Positions 30,807 to 42,391 of a stretch of DNA of 64,000 bases are shown piece after piece (the first letter of the stretch is position 1; every line of letters begins with the position of its first letter). Below the pieces are notes generated by a model. It was not told the origin of the DNA. It did no database searches and saw nothing but the letters and a program-made list of their open reading frames with translations. The stretch lies in the NCBI GenBank assembly GCA_964569425.1, contig CAZMVD010000008.1, positions 3,182 through 67,181 on the forward strand, in the 5' to 3' direction. This DNA is from an uncultured Phycisphaeraceae bacterium (GTDB lineage Bacteria; Planctomycetota; Phycisphaerae; UBA1845). Position numbers and translations under genes: made by a program.

Positions 30807-32132
30807 CAGGCGGCGTTCGATTGGCGGAGAAGGCCGGGTTGCGGCCGGCGGTCGCAGGGCAAGTTCAGTGCCTCCCCGTTCGCGCCGGAAGGGCAATTCT
30901 TGCTGACGATACCGTTGAAAGGATGGACAGCGGCGCCGGGGGCCAGCGCGCCGTCGGTTCCGGCGCCTGCGCTGGCGGTGCGAACGCGGCTTGCCTCGGT
31001 GGACATTCTACGCGGCATCGTCATGGTGCTGATGCCGCTGGACCACCTGCGGGAGTATTTCGCGCATCGGGTGACGGCGCCGCATCCGGTAGAGTTTTCG
31101 GAAGCGGGCGCGGCGCTGTTTCTCACGCGGTGGCTCACGCATTTCTGCGCCCCGGCGTTCGCGTTTCTGGCGGGGACGGGCGCGTTTCTTTCGCTATCAC
31201 GAGGCAAATCTCGGTCGCAGCTCTCCCGGTACCTCTTTTCACGCGGTGCGTTTCTGGCATTGCTCGACCCGACGGTGATGAAGTTCTTCTGGTCTTTCAA
31301 TCTGAACTATCGCTATACGGAAGTCGGGATCTTGTGGGTCATCGGATGGTCGTTGATGGCGCTGGCGGCGCTGGTTCACCTTCCCCGCTGGGCGGCGTTG
31401 CTCTTCAGCGTGTCGATCATCGCGGGGCACAACGCGCTCGACGGGATTCGCCCGGAGTCGTTCGGAGCATGGGCGCCGCTGTGGAACCTGTTGCACGTGC
31501 AGGGTCAGGTCGAGGTGATCACGGGATTCAAGGTGTGGGTGGTCTATCCGCTGGTGCCGTGGATCGGCGTGGCCGCCGGGGGCTATGTCTTCGGGTCGCT
31601 GGTGGCGGATGAGGCGGGAATGCTCCGGCGGCGACGTGTGTTGTTTGTGGGGGTGGCGATTTCGGCCGTGTTTGTGTGGCTGCGGTGGTGGAACGTTTAC
31701 GGCGATCCGCGTCCGTGGACCGAACAGCCGCAGGGGGTGTGGACGCTGTTTTCGTTTCTGCACTGCACGAAGTTTCCGACGTCGCTGCTGTTTTTGTGCA
31801 TGACGCTGGGGCCGGCGATTGCGGCGCTGGCGATGGTGGAGCGACTGCCGGCGCGGATGGGTCAGTGGCTCGCGACGTTGGGTCGCGTTCCGTTGTTTTA
31901 TTACCTGGTGCACATCCCTTTGATTCACGTGCTGGCGATCATCATTGCGCACCTCACGCTGGGATCGGAGGTGATGCGGAGTGCGACCACGAGTCCGCCG
32001 CCGGGCTGGGGATTCGGCCTTCCGGTCATTTACCTGTTGTGGTTGGGTGTGGTGCTGGCGATGTTTCCGGCGTGCCGCTGGTTTGCCGGCGTGAAGCAGC
32101 GTCGCACCGAGTGGTGGTTGGGGTATCTGTGA
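30783..32132 (+). CDS. DUF1624 / HGSNAT-like polytopic membrane acyltransferase family protein
   Basis: RLASVDILRGIVMVLM.LDH, TRWLTHFCAP.F.FLAG, YPLVPW, K(F)P.SLLF, GRVPLFYY; true start probably near 30900-30980. Confidence 0.85.
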   Translation: MTRGTRLFQAAFDWRRRPGCGRRSQGKFSASPFAPEGQFLLTIPLKGWTAAPGASAPSVPAPALAVRTRLASVDILRGIVMVLMPLDHLREYFAHRVTAPHPVEFSEAGAALFLTRWLTHFCAPAFAFLAGTGAFLSLSRGKSRSQLSRYLFSRGAFLALLDPTVMKFFWSFNLNYRYTEVGILWVIGWSLMALAALVHLPRWAALLFSVSIIAGHNALDGIRPESFGAWAPLWNLLHVQGQVEVITGFKVWVVYPLVPWIGVAAGGYVFGSLVADEAGMLRRRRVLFVGVAISAVFVWLRWWNVYGDPRPWTEQPQGVWTLFSFLHCTKFPTSLLFLCMTLGPAIAALAMVERLPARMGQWLATLGRVPLFYYLVHIPLIHVLAIIIAHLTLGSEVMRSATTSPPPGWGFGLPVIYLLWLGVVLAMFPACRWFAGVKQRRTEWWLGYL

Positions 32133-32461
32133 GTTGCGCTCCATCGTGGTCGACTGTGGCGCGGAAGGCATCGCGTTTCGAGGGATAGGGGGTGCGGGTG
32201 TCGCGGGCCGGGGCGCGGCGTTGACTGCTGCGCGCCATCGGGCGGAAAGTATCGGACCGGCAGAGTTTGCGCCGGGGCGTCGAAAATTCCGTAGCTGCGC
32301 AGCTGGAATGTGCCGACCAGTCATCCGATAAGCACGGAGGTTCCACGGGCGATGGATCGGGATGGTTCGGGCGCAAAGCGAACCGGGGTTCCGAACCGGA
32401 TGCGGAGTGACGTACTCGCCATCCTCCGCGAGATTCCCGACGTGCGAGAAGAGGATCGAAC

Positions 32462-33547
32462 ATGAAGAGCAAGGCAATTATCCCGCTGGTGCTGGGCCTG
32501 GGCGTTGGCCTGGTGGCCGTCAAGTTTCTGATGGACACGGTGAAGAAAGCCCAGGGTTCCAATACCCAGCAGACGCAGGTTACCGCGGTCCGGGCCAAGA
32601 TGGACATTGAGGCGTTTCAGGAGATCACGCCGGACCTGGTGGAGCAAATCGAGACGGCGGCCAGCCCGCTGTTGCCCGCCGGCGACCGAATTGCCAAGTT
32701 GGAAGACGCCCTGGGGCGCGTGACGTCGAAAGCGATTCCCAAGCAGTCGCCGGTCCTGCAATCGATGCTGGCGCCGAAAGGCACGCCCGCAGGCATGTTC
32801 GGTCGAATTCCGTCGGGCTACCGCGCGGTGTCGGTGAAGATCGATGAAGCGTCTGCGGTGGCCTACCAACTGAAGCCGGGCGACTGGGTTGACGTCGTCG
32901 TGGTCATGGACCTCGACACCGGCAACCGCGGCCGGAAGAAGCAGACCATCGCGGAAGTGATTCTGCAGCACGTTCAGGTGGGCGCGGTGGGGCAGATCAC
33001 CGGGGCCGCTTCGGGATCGGCCGATTCGAGAGTGAAGCCGGCCAAGTCGGTGACGCTGATCGTTGCCGAGGAAGACGTGCCGAAGCTGCACCTGGCGGGG
33101 ACTCGAGGGAAGATCACGCTGGCGATGCGTGGTGCCGACGACCAGGTATCGGACCGGCCGCTGGTTGCGGACAGCGATCAGGTGTTCAGGTTCCTGAATG
33201 AGGATCCGATCGAAGTGCCACCGCCGGCGACGACGATCACATCGTTGACGACGGAGCCGGCGCAGCCGATTGAGATGCCGCACGGTGTGACGGTTTTCTA
33301 CGGTGCACCGCGCGGCCTGAAGGTCGAGCAGACGACGTTTTCGAACAAGGATTCGCGGATGATCGTGGAACAGGGCGAAGGGCGCGGAAGTCGTACGTCC
33401 GCATTGCTCAATCGTCCGGGTCGTTCCAGCGGCGCGCCGGCGCGACCGGCGGCGCCGGTGCCGCCCTTGCCGACGCCGGAAGCGAATCCTCAGGATGAGT
33501 ACACCGGGCCGGGTGACGAAAACGGCGGCGCAAACGAGGACGAATAG
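32462..33547 (+). CDS. cpaB: Flp pilus assembly protein CpaB/RcpC
   Basis: SAF-like region, IPSGYRAVSVKID, LKPGDWVDVV, GKITLAMR. Confidence 0.9.
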   Translation: MKSKAIIPLVLGLGVGLVAVKFLMDTVKKAQGSNTQQTQVTAVRAKMDIEAFQEITPDLVEQIETAASPLLPAGDRIAKLEDALGRVTSKAIPKQSPVLQSMLAPKGTPAGMFGRIPSGYRAVSVKIDEASAVAYQLKPGDWVDVVVVMDLDTGNRGRKKQTIAEVILQHVQVGAVGQITGAASGSADSRVKPAKSVTLIVAEEDVPKLHLAGTRGKITLAMRGADDQVSDRPLVADSDQVFRFLNEDPIEVPPPATTITSLTTEPAQPIEMPHGVTVFYGAPRGLKVEQTTFSNKDSRMIVEQGEGRGSRTSALLNRPGRSSGAPARPAAPVPPLPTPEANPQDEYTGPGDENGGANEDE

Positions 33548-33583
33548 TTGACGTGTCGAAGGGTCAGGGAACCCGTGCAGGAC

Positions 33584-35116
33584 ATGACGAAGATGAACAA
33601 AATGATGACAACGGTACGAACAACGGCAACGATGGTGAGCCTTCTGGCGGCATGGGCCATGCCGAGCGGCGTGTACGCCCAGGCGAGCGGCGAGTTCCAG
33701 GCATCCATCGTGGACATGACCGCCGCCTCTCGGAGCGTTTCGGTGCCGCTGAACCGCAGCGTCATCATCAAGACGACAGTGGAGGTATCGCGTGCGGACG
33801 TGGTTTCGGCTGAGATTGCGCTGGTGCAGCCGGTGAGTCCGACGGAGCTGCTGGTCACGGGGAAGAACTACGGGCAGACCCACGTGGTTCTGTGGGACAA
33901 GGCCAACAAGCAGTACTTGCTGGACGTCAGCGTGGAGGTTGACCTGAAACGGCTCAACGACGCGCTGCGGGGTATCGATCCGTTGTCGAGTGCGGAAGCG
34001 CGCTCGATCATGGGCAATATCGTACTGATGGGCTCGGTGACCAGCGCGGAGCGTGCCAAGCGCATGGTGGAGCTTGCGCAACTGCTGGTGCCCGCGGTCG
34101 AGGGGCGCGGCGGCCCCATGGTCCAGAACCACCTTGACGTGGCCGGTGAACAGCAGGTTCTGCTTCGTTGCGTGGTTGCGGAGATGAACCGTCGGGCGGT
34201 TCGCGATCTGGGAGTAAACGGTTTTCTGGCGGGGGACGATTTCAAGGACGCCTTCCTTGTCAACCAGATCGGCGGCATCAATCCGATCAACATCGGCGCG
34301 GCGGCGGCGGCGGAAGCCACGAGCCGGATTCCGTTTCTAACCGGTGCAGAAGGCATTCCACTGCTGGACGCCACAACGCTTTCGCTGGGGTTTCCGCGCG
34401 TGCAAATGCAGTTGTTCATCCGGGCGATGGCCGACAACCAGTTGGCCAGCATTCTGGCCGAGCCGAACCTGGTGGCGATCAGCGGGGAGACGGCGAGTTT
34501 TCTGGCGGGCGGCGAGTTTCCCATTCCGGTTCCGCAGGGCAATCAGCAGGTCACGATTCAGTTCCGCGAGTTCGGTGTGCGATTGAACTTCACGCCGGTG
34601 GTCAAGTCGCACCAGCGCATCCGGTTGCGGGTGGCGCCGGAAGTATCGGAGCTGGATTTCTCGAGCGCCGTGCAGATCGAAGGGTTTGTGGTTCCCGGAC
34701 TGACCTCGCGGGCGACGGAGACGACGGTAGAGATTGGCAACGGCCAGACGATCGCGATTGCCGGCCTGCTGAACGAGCAGATTCGCGGCGTATCGAGTCG
34801 CGTTCCGGGCATCGGCGACGTGCCGATTCTCGGAGCCTTGTTTCGGTCCGTTAATTTCCAGCGATCCTTGAGCGAACTGGTGATCCTGGTCACGCCGGAG
34901 TTGGTTGCGCCGCTGGATGCCCACCAGCGCATCCGCCTGCCGAACGAAGATTTGCGGACCCCCGACGCCTACGAACTTTATATGTTAGGCTTGCTGGAGG
35001 GATCCGCGAGTGCGGAGGGACCGGCGTCCCCCGAGGACGGTCTGGCAACCGCGAGTCTGCTTCGCTCGCAGCCTGATCTGGTTTCGCTACACGGGCCATG
35101 GGGGTACACGGAATAG
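33584..35116 (+). CDS. cpaC: Tad secretin CpaC/RcpA
   Basis: QVLLRCVVAEM, LAEPNLVAISGETASFLAGGEFPIP, FREFGVRLNFTP, PGIGDVPILGALF, ELVILVTP. Confidence 0.93.
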   Translation: MTKMNKMMTTVRTTATMVSLLAAWAMPSGVYAQASGEFQASIVDMTAASRSVSVPLNRSVIIKTTVEVSRADVVSAEIALVQPVSPTELLVTGKNYGQTHVVLWDKANKQYLLDVSVEVDLKRLNDALRGIDPLSSAEARSIMGNIVLMGSVTSAERAKRMVELAQLLVPAVEGRGGPMVQNHLDVAGEQQVLLRCVVAEMNRRAVRDLGVNGFLAGDDFKDAFLVNQIGGINPINIGAAAAAEATSRIPFLTGAEGIPLLDATTLSLGFPRVQMQLFIRAMADNQLASILAEPNLVAISGETASFLAGGEFPIPVPQGNQQVTIQFREFGVRLNFTPVVKSHQRIRLRVAPEVSELDFSSAVQIEGFVVPGLTSRATETTVEIGNGQTIAIAGLLNEQIRGVSSRVPGIGDVPILGALFRSVNFQRSLSELVILVTPELVAPLDAHQRIRLPNEDLRTPDAYELYMLGLLEGSASAEGPASPEDGLATASLLRSQPDLVSLHGPWGYTE

Positions 35117-35243
35117 CGTTACTGAGACGATGGACAAGTCATACGGTGCGCCTTGCCCTGATGGAGGCGATCGACTCGCGCCGCAATTCTGATCGTGGGC
35201 TGTAGCCCAGGTCGAGGGGACCAATTGGTGGGAGGGAAAGAAG

Positions 35244-37082
35244 ATGCAAGCGTACGAGAAAGTGGAGAGACAGCACGGTCGTCGGCGGGCGGTGATTGCC
35301 GTGCAGATTGCCGTGATCGGGGTGGTTCTTCTCGGGTTTGCGGCCCTGACCTTTGACGTCGGGGCGGTGTACAACGCACGGGCGGACCTTCAACGGACCG
35401 CCGACTCCGCGGCGCTGGCGGCGGCGTCTCAATTGTCGGACTTCGAGTTCGGGAATCCGCAGGAACTGGCGCGCGAGGCGGCACGAGAATACACTGAGCG
35501 CAACCGGGTGATGGGCAAACAGGTGACGCTCGATCCGGCCACCGACGTGGTGTTCGGAAGGGCGAGCCTCGATCCGGCAACCGGTCAATACGATTTTACG
35601 CCGACGGATATCCTGCCGGATGCGGTGCAGGTGCGGGTGCGGCACACCAACGACTCGCCGAACGGGGCGGTGTCGCTCTATTTTGCGCGCATATTCGGCA
35701 AGACTGGCACGCAGTTGTCGGCGGAGGCGCTGGCGATCATTGCGCCGCGGGACATCGCGATCGTGGCCGATCTGTCGGGTTCGCACAACGATGATAGCGA
35801 GCTGCGGAACTATCAGCTCACTGAAATCAACATGTTCGACGTGTGGAACGACCTTCCGGGCGGCGATGACGATATTCCGGCGTGCGAGGGTGTGGCCTGC
35901 GACAGCGGGCAGACCTGCGTGGGCGGGACGTGCATGTCCGCGGGTCCGGGCGCTCAGTCGGGTCCGACCTGGGGGGTGATGGATGACCTGGGATTCGGTA
36001 CGGAGCCGATCACCACGTCGTACGATCCGACCACCGACCCGGGGCTCGTATACCTACCGTACAACCAGAACTGGTCGAACGCGCAAATCGAAAGCTTGCT
36101 GTTTGCCCGTGGTTACAACGCGTCGGAAGTCAGCGCTTTGATGAGCAAGGCGAACGACTCCGGCGGGGCGTGGCCCTATCGCACGGCCGTGGCGCTGGGT
36201 CTGGCCGAGTGGAACAGCGGCATCGCCGGCGGACGCTGGACGACGACCGGCGGTTCGGGAGGCAACGGCAACACCGCGGTGGGCAGTTCGGAGCTGGTGT
36301 GGACGGAAGGGATTCTGAGTCGGTCGGCTTCTCAGTCGACCAGCATCTGGCTGGACTACATCAACAACTACGCCAACAAGACGACGACCTATATGTACGA
36401 TGCCAATCCGGCGTTTCGATATCGGTTCGGCGTCAAGACATTTCTCAATTATTTGATGGAACGTCGCGCTGCGCATAATCAAACGCCTGAACTGGCCAAT
36501 GTGCCTACGCAACCGATGGAAGCGGTGAAGGACGCCGTGGGCTTCTTGACCGGACTGCTGGACAGTCTGGACACTGACGACCGGCTGTCGCTGGAGATTT
36601 ATGGGACGACAGCGCGACATGAAGTCGACCTGACCCACGATTATTTCGAGATCAGTGATCGGCTCCATGCCATGCAAGCTTCGCATTATGACTCGTACAC
36701 GAATACCGGCGGGGGCATCCAGAAGGCGGTGGCCGAGCTGACCGGGCCGCGAGCGCGAGGCTCTGCGCGCAAGGTGATTCTGCTGCTGACTGACGGCAAC
36801 GCGAACTGCGACGCCTCGGGATCCTGCGGGTTGAAAGAGGACCATCTGGTGGGCGGAAACGAGTTCGCGTTGGCCGCTGCGCGAGATGCCGTGGCGCAGG
36901 GAATTCGCATCGTGGCGGTGAGCGTGGGTGCCGACGCCAATGCGGACTTGATGCGTCAGATAGCCGATATAGGCCAAGGCGAGCACTTCCACGCGGAAGG
37001 CTCGATCGCAGAGTACAGTCAGCAACTACGGGACATTTTCGAGCGTATTGGAGGTCGCCGATCAGTGGAGTTGATTCGCTGA
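35244..37082 (+). CDS. tadG: TadG-like pilus tip protein with vWA domain
   Basis: AALTFDVG...LQRTADSAALAAA; MIDAS-like DLSGS, TNTGGG, LLTDG. Confidence 0.85.
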   Translation: MQAYEKVERQHGRRRAVIAVQIAVIGVVLLGFAALTFDVGAVYNARADLQRTADSAALAAASQLSDFEFGNPQELAREAAREYTERNRVMGKQVTLDPATDVVFGRASLDPATGQYDFTPTDILPDAVQVRVRHTNDSPNGAVSLYFARIFGKTGTQLSAEALAIIAPRDIAIVADLSGSHNDDSELRNYQLTEINMFDVWNDLPGGDDDIPACEGVACDSGQTCVGGTCMSAGPGAQSGPTWGVMDDLGFGTEPITTSYDPTTDPGLVYLPYNQNWSNAQIESLLFARGYNASEVSALMSKANDSGGAWPYRTAVALGLAEWNSGIAGGRWTTTGGSGGNGNTAVGSSELVWTEGILSRSASQSTSIWLDYINNYANKTTTYMYDANPAFRYRFGVKTFLNYLMERRAAHNQTPELANVPTQPMEAVKDAVGFLTGLLDSLDTDDRLSLEIYGTTARHEVDLTHDYFEISDRLHAMQASHYDSYTNTGGGIQKAVAELTGPRARGSARKVILLLTDGNANCDASGSCGLKEDHLVGGNEFALAAARDAVAQGIRIVAVSVGADANADLMRQIADIGQGEHFHAEGSIAEYSQQLRDIFERIGGRRSVELIR

Positions 37083-37202
37083 CGGTGCCGTCGTTGACCC
37101 CGCGCGGCGCGGGACGCTCCGTCGGGCGGCTCGGCGACATGTAAGCCGCCAGCCGTGAGAGGGTTCCGGGCAGTTCGCCAGAAGGAGCGTTAACCGCGGC
37201 TC

Positions 37203-38393
37203 ATGGCGCAGGACGTCAAGTTTATTGTCTATAACGGGGAGGAGCAGCACGCGGCCCAGTTTCGCGCGCTGCTCCTCGCCTATGATAACGTGAAGATCGT
37301 CGCCGAGGTGGACGAATCGGCGCTGCTATCGCAGGCGGTCCGGCAGTTTCCGGTCGACGTGGTTTTCGCCAATCTGGACCCCGCGCCGGAGGCGGTGCTG
37401 CCGGCGTTGTCGGAGTTATTGGCCGCCGCACCCCACCTGACCATTTTCGCCACCAGCGAAGCCACCGATGGTCCATTGATCCTGAAGATCATGCGACTGG
37501 GCGTGCGCGAGTTTCTTCCCAAGCCGATCGACGCCGGCGCCCTTTCGGAAGCCCTTCAGAAATTGCTGGCCCATCGCAGCGAATCGGTTTCGATGGGAAC
37601 GCTGATCACGGTGATGGGCGCGGCGGGCGGGGTCGGCGCATCAATGCTGGGTACAAACCTGGCGGTGGAACTGGCCGCACTGGCCAAGGGACAGGTGACC
37701 ATTGTCGATTTGGACTACCGTTTCGGCCAGGTGGCGACGCTGCTCGACGTGGAACCGACCTATACGGTTGCGGACCTTTGCAATACCCCAGAGCAACTGG
37801 AAGCCAGCGTTGTCGAGCGTGCGCTGGTCAAGCACAGCAGCGGGGTGCAGGTTTTGAGCCGTCCGGCGAGTTTTGCGCAGGCGGACACGATTACCGCGGC
37901 ATCGTGCGTGGGTTTGTTATCGTCCCTGCTGCAAATGAATGAATACGTGGTGGTGGATGGTCCGATACGCTCTGACCTGAGCGCCAAGTCGGTTCTGGAT
38001 CTTTCCGACGTGCACTTGCTGATGGTTCAGTTGCTGGTGCCGACGGTGCGAAACGCGGCACGAATTCTGGAGGGGATGCGCGACGGCGGCTTCAACCTTG
38101 ACCGAGTCCGCCTGGTGTGTAACCGCACGGGGCGCGAATCGGCGTCGCTTTCGGTGGATGACGTTGCGGAGACGCTCAATCTCAAGCCGTTTGCGTGCAT
38201 TCCGGACGACTGGCCCACGGTCAGCGGGATAATGAACCTCGGGGAGACGCTGGCGAGCCAGGGTCCGAAAAGCAAGGTTCGTCAAGCGGTGCGTGAATTG
38301 GCCGAGCGGCTGCATCAGCCGCCCGCGGGGTCCGATGATAAGGATACGAAGAAATCCGGCGGGTTGATCGGGCGGATCTTTTCCCATTCGTAA
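37203..38393 (+). CDS. cpaE: CpaE/TadZ receiver-like + MinD-like protein
   Basis: Atypical receiver domain (GVREFLPKP), GAAGGVGAS, VDLD..FG. Confidence 0.9.
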   Translation: MAQDVKFIVYNGEEQHAAQFRALLLAYDNVKIVAEVDESALLSQAVRQFPVDVVFANLDPAPEAVLPALSELLAAAPHLTIFATSEATDGPLILKIMRLGVREFLPKPIDAGALSEALQKLLAHRSESVSMGTLITVMGAAGGVGASMLGTNLAVELAALAKGQVTIVDLDYRFGQVATLLDVEPTYTVADLCNTPEQLEASVVERALVKHSSGVQVLSRPASFAQADTITAASCVGLLSSLLQMNEYVVVDGPIRSDLSAKSVLDLSDVHLLMVQLLVPTVRNAARILEGMRDGGFNLDRVRLVCNRTGRESASLSVDDVAETLNLKPFACIPDDWPTVSGIMNLGETLASQGPKSKVRQAVRELAERLHQPPAGSDDKDTKKSGGLIGRIFSHS

Positions 38394-38510
38394 GCGCGCA
38401 GCCCATGACGCATGGATCGGCGCCTGCGGCCGGTGCAAGCGGGAATCAATGGCGCGCCGAGGCATGGCCTTCGGGGTCTACGGGAACACCAGCGGGGGAA
38501 TGAATACGTT

Positions 38511-39959
<1,449 letters not shown>

Positions 39960-39983
39960 GCGCTACCGCGGAAGGACTGTCGT

Positions 39984-41018
39984 ATGTCACCGATATTCGC
40001 TGAGACCACGATCGCCGCACCGACGGCGGTGCTGCTGCAAGCCGGGGCGGGGGGCATGGCGGTCTATGCACTTCCCGTCATCGGATCGATGCTGCTCTTT
40101 TATGGCATCTACCAGGTGGTGGTGGAGTCGCGGACCTCCAGCCGCCAACGGATGCAGGACCGGTTGCACGGCAAGCGGGCCAAGTCGGACAAGCCGACCG
40201 TCGATTCCATTCTTCGTCGCGGCGCGCTGGGACATTCGAAGAGCCTCGCCGATTCGCTGATGGGCGGATTGAGCGTTGTTCCCAAGGTACAGGTGCTGCT
40301 GGACCAGGCGGACGTGCACTGGTCGGCGGCGCAGGTGATGCTGAATCTCGCGGCGGGGGCGCTGCTGGCGAGTGTGGCCCTGTTTGCGCTGGGGATCAAT
40401 CTCCTGGTCGCCGTGGGTTGCGGTCTGGCGGTCATCGGTCTGCCGCTGATCGTCCTCAATTTCATTCGCCGGCGGCGGATGATGAAACTTACCAGTCAGC
40501 TTCCGGACGTTTTCGACATGATGGGTCAGGCTTTGCGTGCGGGGCATTCGCTGGGCGGCGCCGTGCAGAACATCTATGAACAGATGCCACCGCCGATCGC
40601 CACTGAATTTGCCAAGGTGTATCACGAGCAGAACCTCGGCGTGAAGATCGAGGACGCGCTTCAATCCATGGCCAACCGGGTCGACTCGCTTGACGTTCGA
40701 TTCTTCGTTACCGCGGTCATCATCCAGCGCCAAACCGGCGGCGACCTGGCGGAAGTGCTTGATAACATCAGCAGTGTCATTCGCGAGCGCATCGAACTCG
40801 CCGGTCTGGTCCGCGGACTGACGGCCGAGGGCCGATTGTCGGGGTGGGTGCTGTTCTCGCTCCCCCTGGCGGTCTTTCTGGCGATGTTGCAGCTCAACCC
40901 CGATTACGCCAGCGTGTTGCTGGAGGATCCCAAGGGGCAGTTGATGCTGATGGTCGCTGCCGGGATGCAGTTGATGGGCATCGCGATGATCCGCTGGATC
41001 GTCAATATCAAAGTGTAG
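39984..41018 (+). CDS. tadB: TadB inner-membrane platform protein
   Basis: QLPD......ALRAGHS, IQRQTGGDLAEVL, LTAEGRLS. Confidence 0.93.
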   Translation: MSPIFAETTIAAPTAVLLQAGAGGMAVYALPVIGSMLLFYGIYQVVVESRTSSRQRMQDRLHGKRAKSDKPTVDSILRRGALGHSKSLADSLMGGLSVVPKVQVLLDQADVHWSAAQVMLNLAAGALLASVALFALGINLLVAVGCGLAVIGLPLIVLNFIRRRRMMKLTSQLPDVFDMMGQALRAGHSLGGAVQNIYEQMPPPIATEFAKVYHEQNLGVKIEDALQSMANRVDSLDVRFFVTAVIIQRQTGGDLAEVLDNISSVIRERIELAGLVRGLTAEGRLSGWVLFSLPLAVFLAMLQLNPDYASVLLEDPKGQLMLMVAAGMQLMGIAMIRWIVNIKV

Positions 41019-41195
41019 GTCGTGAACGAAAGTCATTGCGAACTCGCGCCTTCTGATTTCAAGGGGTCCATCGGACCCAAGATTGCGGAGCCCGGCCGTC
41101 ATGCGGGTTCGCCATGGCGGGCGGCTATTGCGGCGACGCCGGGGCCAGCGGTCGGGGGCGCGTCCTTCTGCGCGGTAGAGCGGAGTAACTGAACC

Positions 41196-42134
41196 ATGAC
41201 CAGCGTGTACCTCATTGCCTTGATGCTGGCCGGCGCCGTGGGCCTCGTGATCTACGCCCTGCTTCCGAAGAAGAACTCGGAAGAGGACACGATCAAGCGG
41301 CGTATGACCGGACGCAGCGCCCAGCAGAACGTGGCCAACATCCGGCAGCAGGCCAAGGAGTCGGTGGCTAAGCGGGTGATGCAGTCCGTTGCGCCTATCG
41401 CCGTGCGCCCCGTGATGGTCACCAGCGCTGAGGAAATGTCGAAGCTGCGCATGAAGCTGGCCAATGCGGGCTTCCGCGGTGAGGGTGTGGCGACGACGTT
41501 CCTGGCGTCCAAGACGGTCATGGCGATCTGCCTGGCGATCATCGGGGCGATTTACGCCTGGTCGAAGGGTCAGCCGCTGCTGGATGGGATGGGTTCCACG
41601 CTGATCGGTGCGGGTGTGGGTTTTATGGCGCCGAACGTGTGGCTGAAGATGGCGATGCAGAAGCGGCAGGACCTGGTCCGCAAGGGTCTGCCCGACACGC
41701 TCGACATGCTGGTGATTTCCGTGGAATCGGGCCTGGGTCTTGACGCTGCGTTTCAGCGTGTCGGCGATGAGATGAAGGGCGTTCACCCGGCACTGGCGGA
41801 GGACCTTCAACTGGTCACGTTGGAATCACAGATGGGCATTCCACGGTCTGAAGCGCTGGCCAACTTTGCGACCCGCGCGGGCATTGAAGAGGCGCGATCG
41901 CTGGTGGGCGTGGTCAACCAGGCGGAACGCTTCGGAACAAGTATCGCCAGCGCGCTGCGGCGGCAGTCGGAAGCCTTGCGCGTCAAACGGCGCCAGGCGG
42001 CTGAAGAGCGTGCCCAGAAGACCACGGTCAAGCTGATGATGCCGCTGATTCTCTTCATTTTTCCCGCGATTCTGGTCGTGCTCGCGGGGCCGGCGGCGTT
42101 GCAGATGATCGAAACGCTCGGCGGCAATTTCTAG
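41196..42134 (+). CDS. tadC: TadC inner-membrane platform protein
   Basis: LPDTLDMLVISVESGLGLDAA, QAERFGTSIA, AEERAQK..VKL..PLILFIFP. Confidence 0.93.
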   Translation: MTSVYLIALMLAGAVGLVIYALLPKKNSEEDTIKRRMTGRSAQQNVANIRQQAKESVAKRVMQSVAPIAVRPVMVTSAEEMSKLRMKLANAGFRGEGVATTFLASKTVMAICLAIIGAIYAWSKGQPLLDGMGSTLIGAGVGFMAPNVWLKMAMQKRQDLVRKGLPDTLDMLVISVESGLGLDAAFQRVGDEMKGVHPALAEDLQLVTLESQMGIPRSEALANFATRAGIEEARSLVGVVNQAERFGTSIASALRRQSEALRVKRRQAAEERAQKTTVKLMMPLILFIFPAILVVLAGPAALQMIETLGGNF

Positions 42135-42391
42135 GAACCTCATTGGGTCATCACGTCAGCACCTGACCCGGCGAACGTTTGCCCTGGCGAATTCGGCTGG
42201 GTACATGCGGGGAATGCGCGCGGCGCCACCAAGTCCGGGTTGACCCCACTACGTCCGGTGCCTTAGGCTCTTCATCATTCAGGAAGTTCGCGGCGTGCGC
42301 ACCCACCCGATCCTTCGGAAGCGCGGTGGATCGAGCGGCTGCCGCGGTCACTATTTCCTGGCAGATGGCGGCGGGCCGAGGGAGTGAAGCC

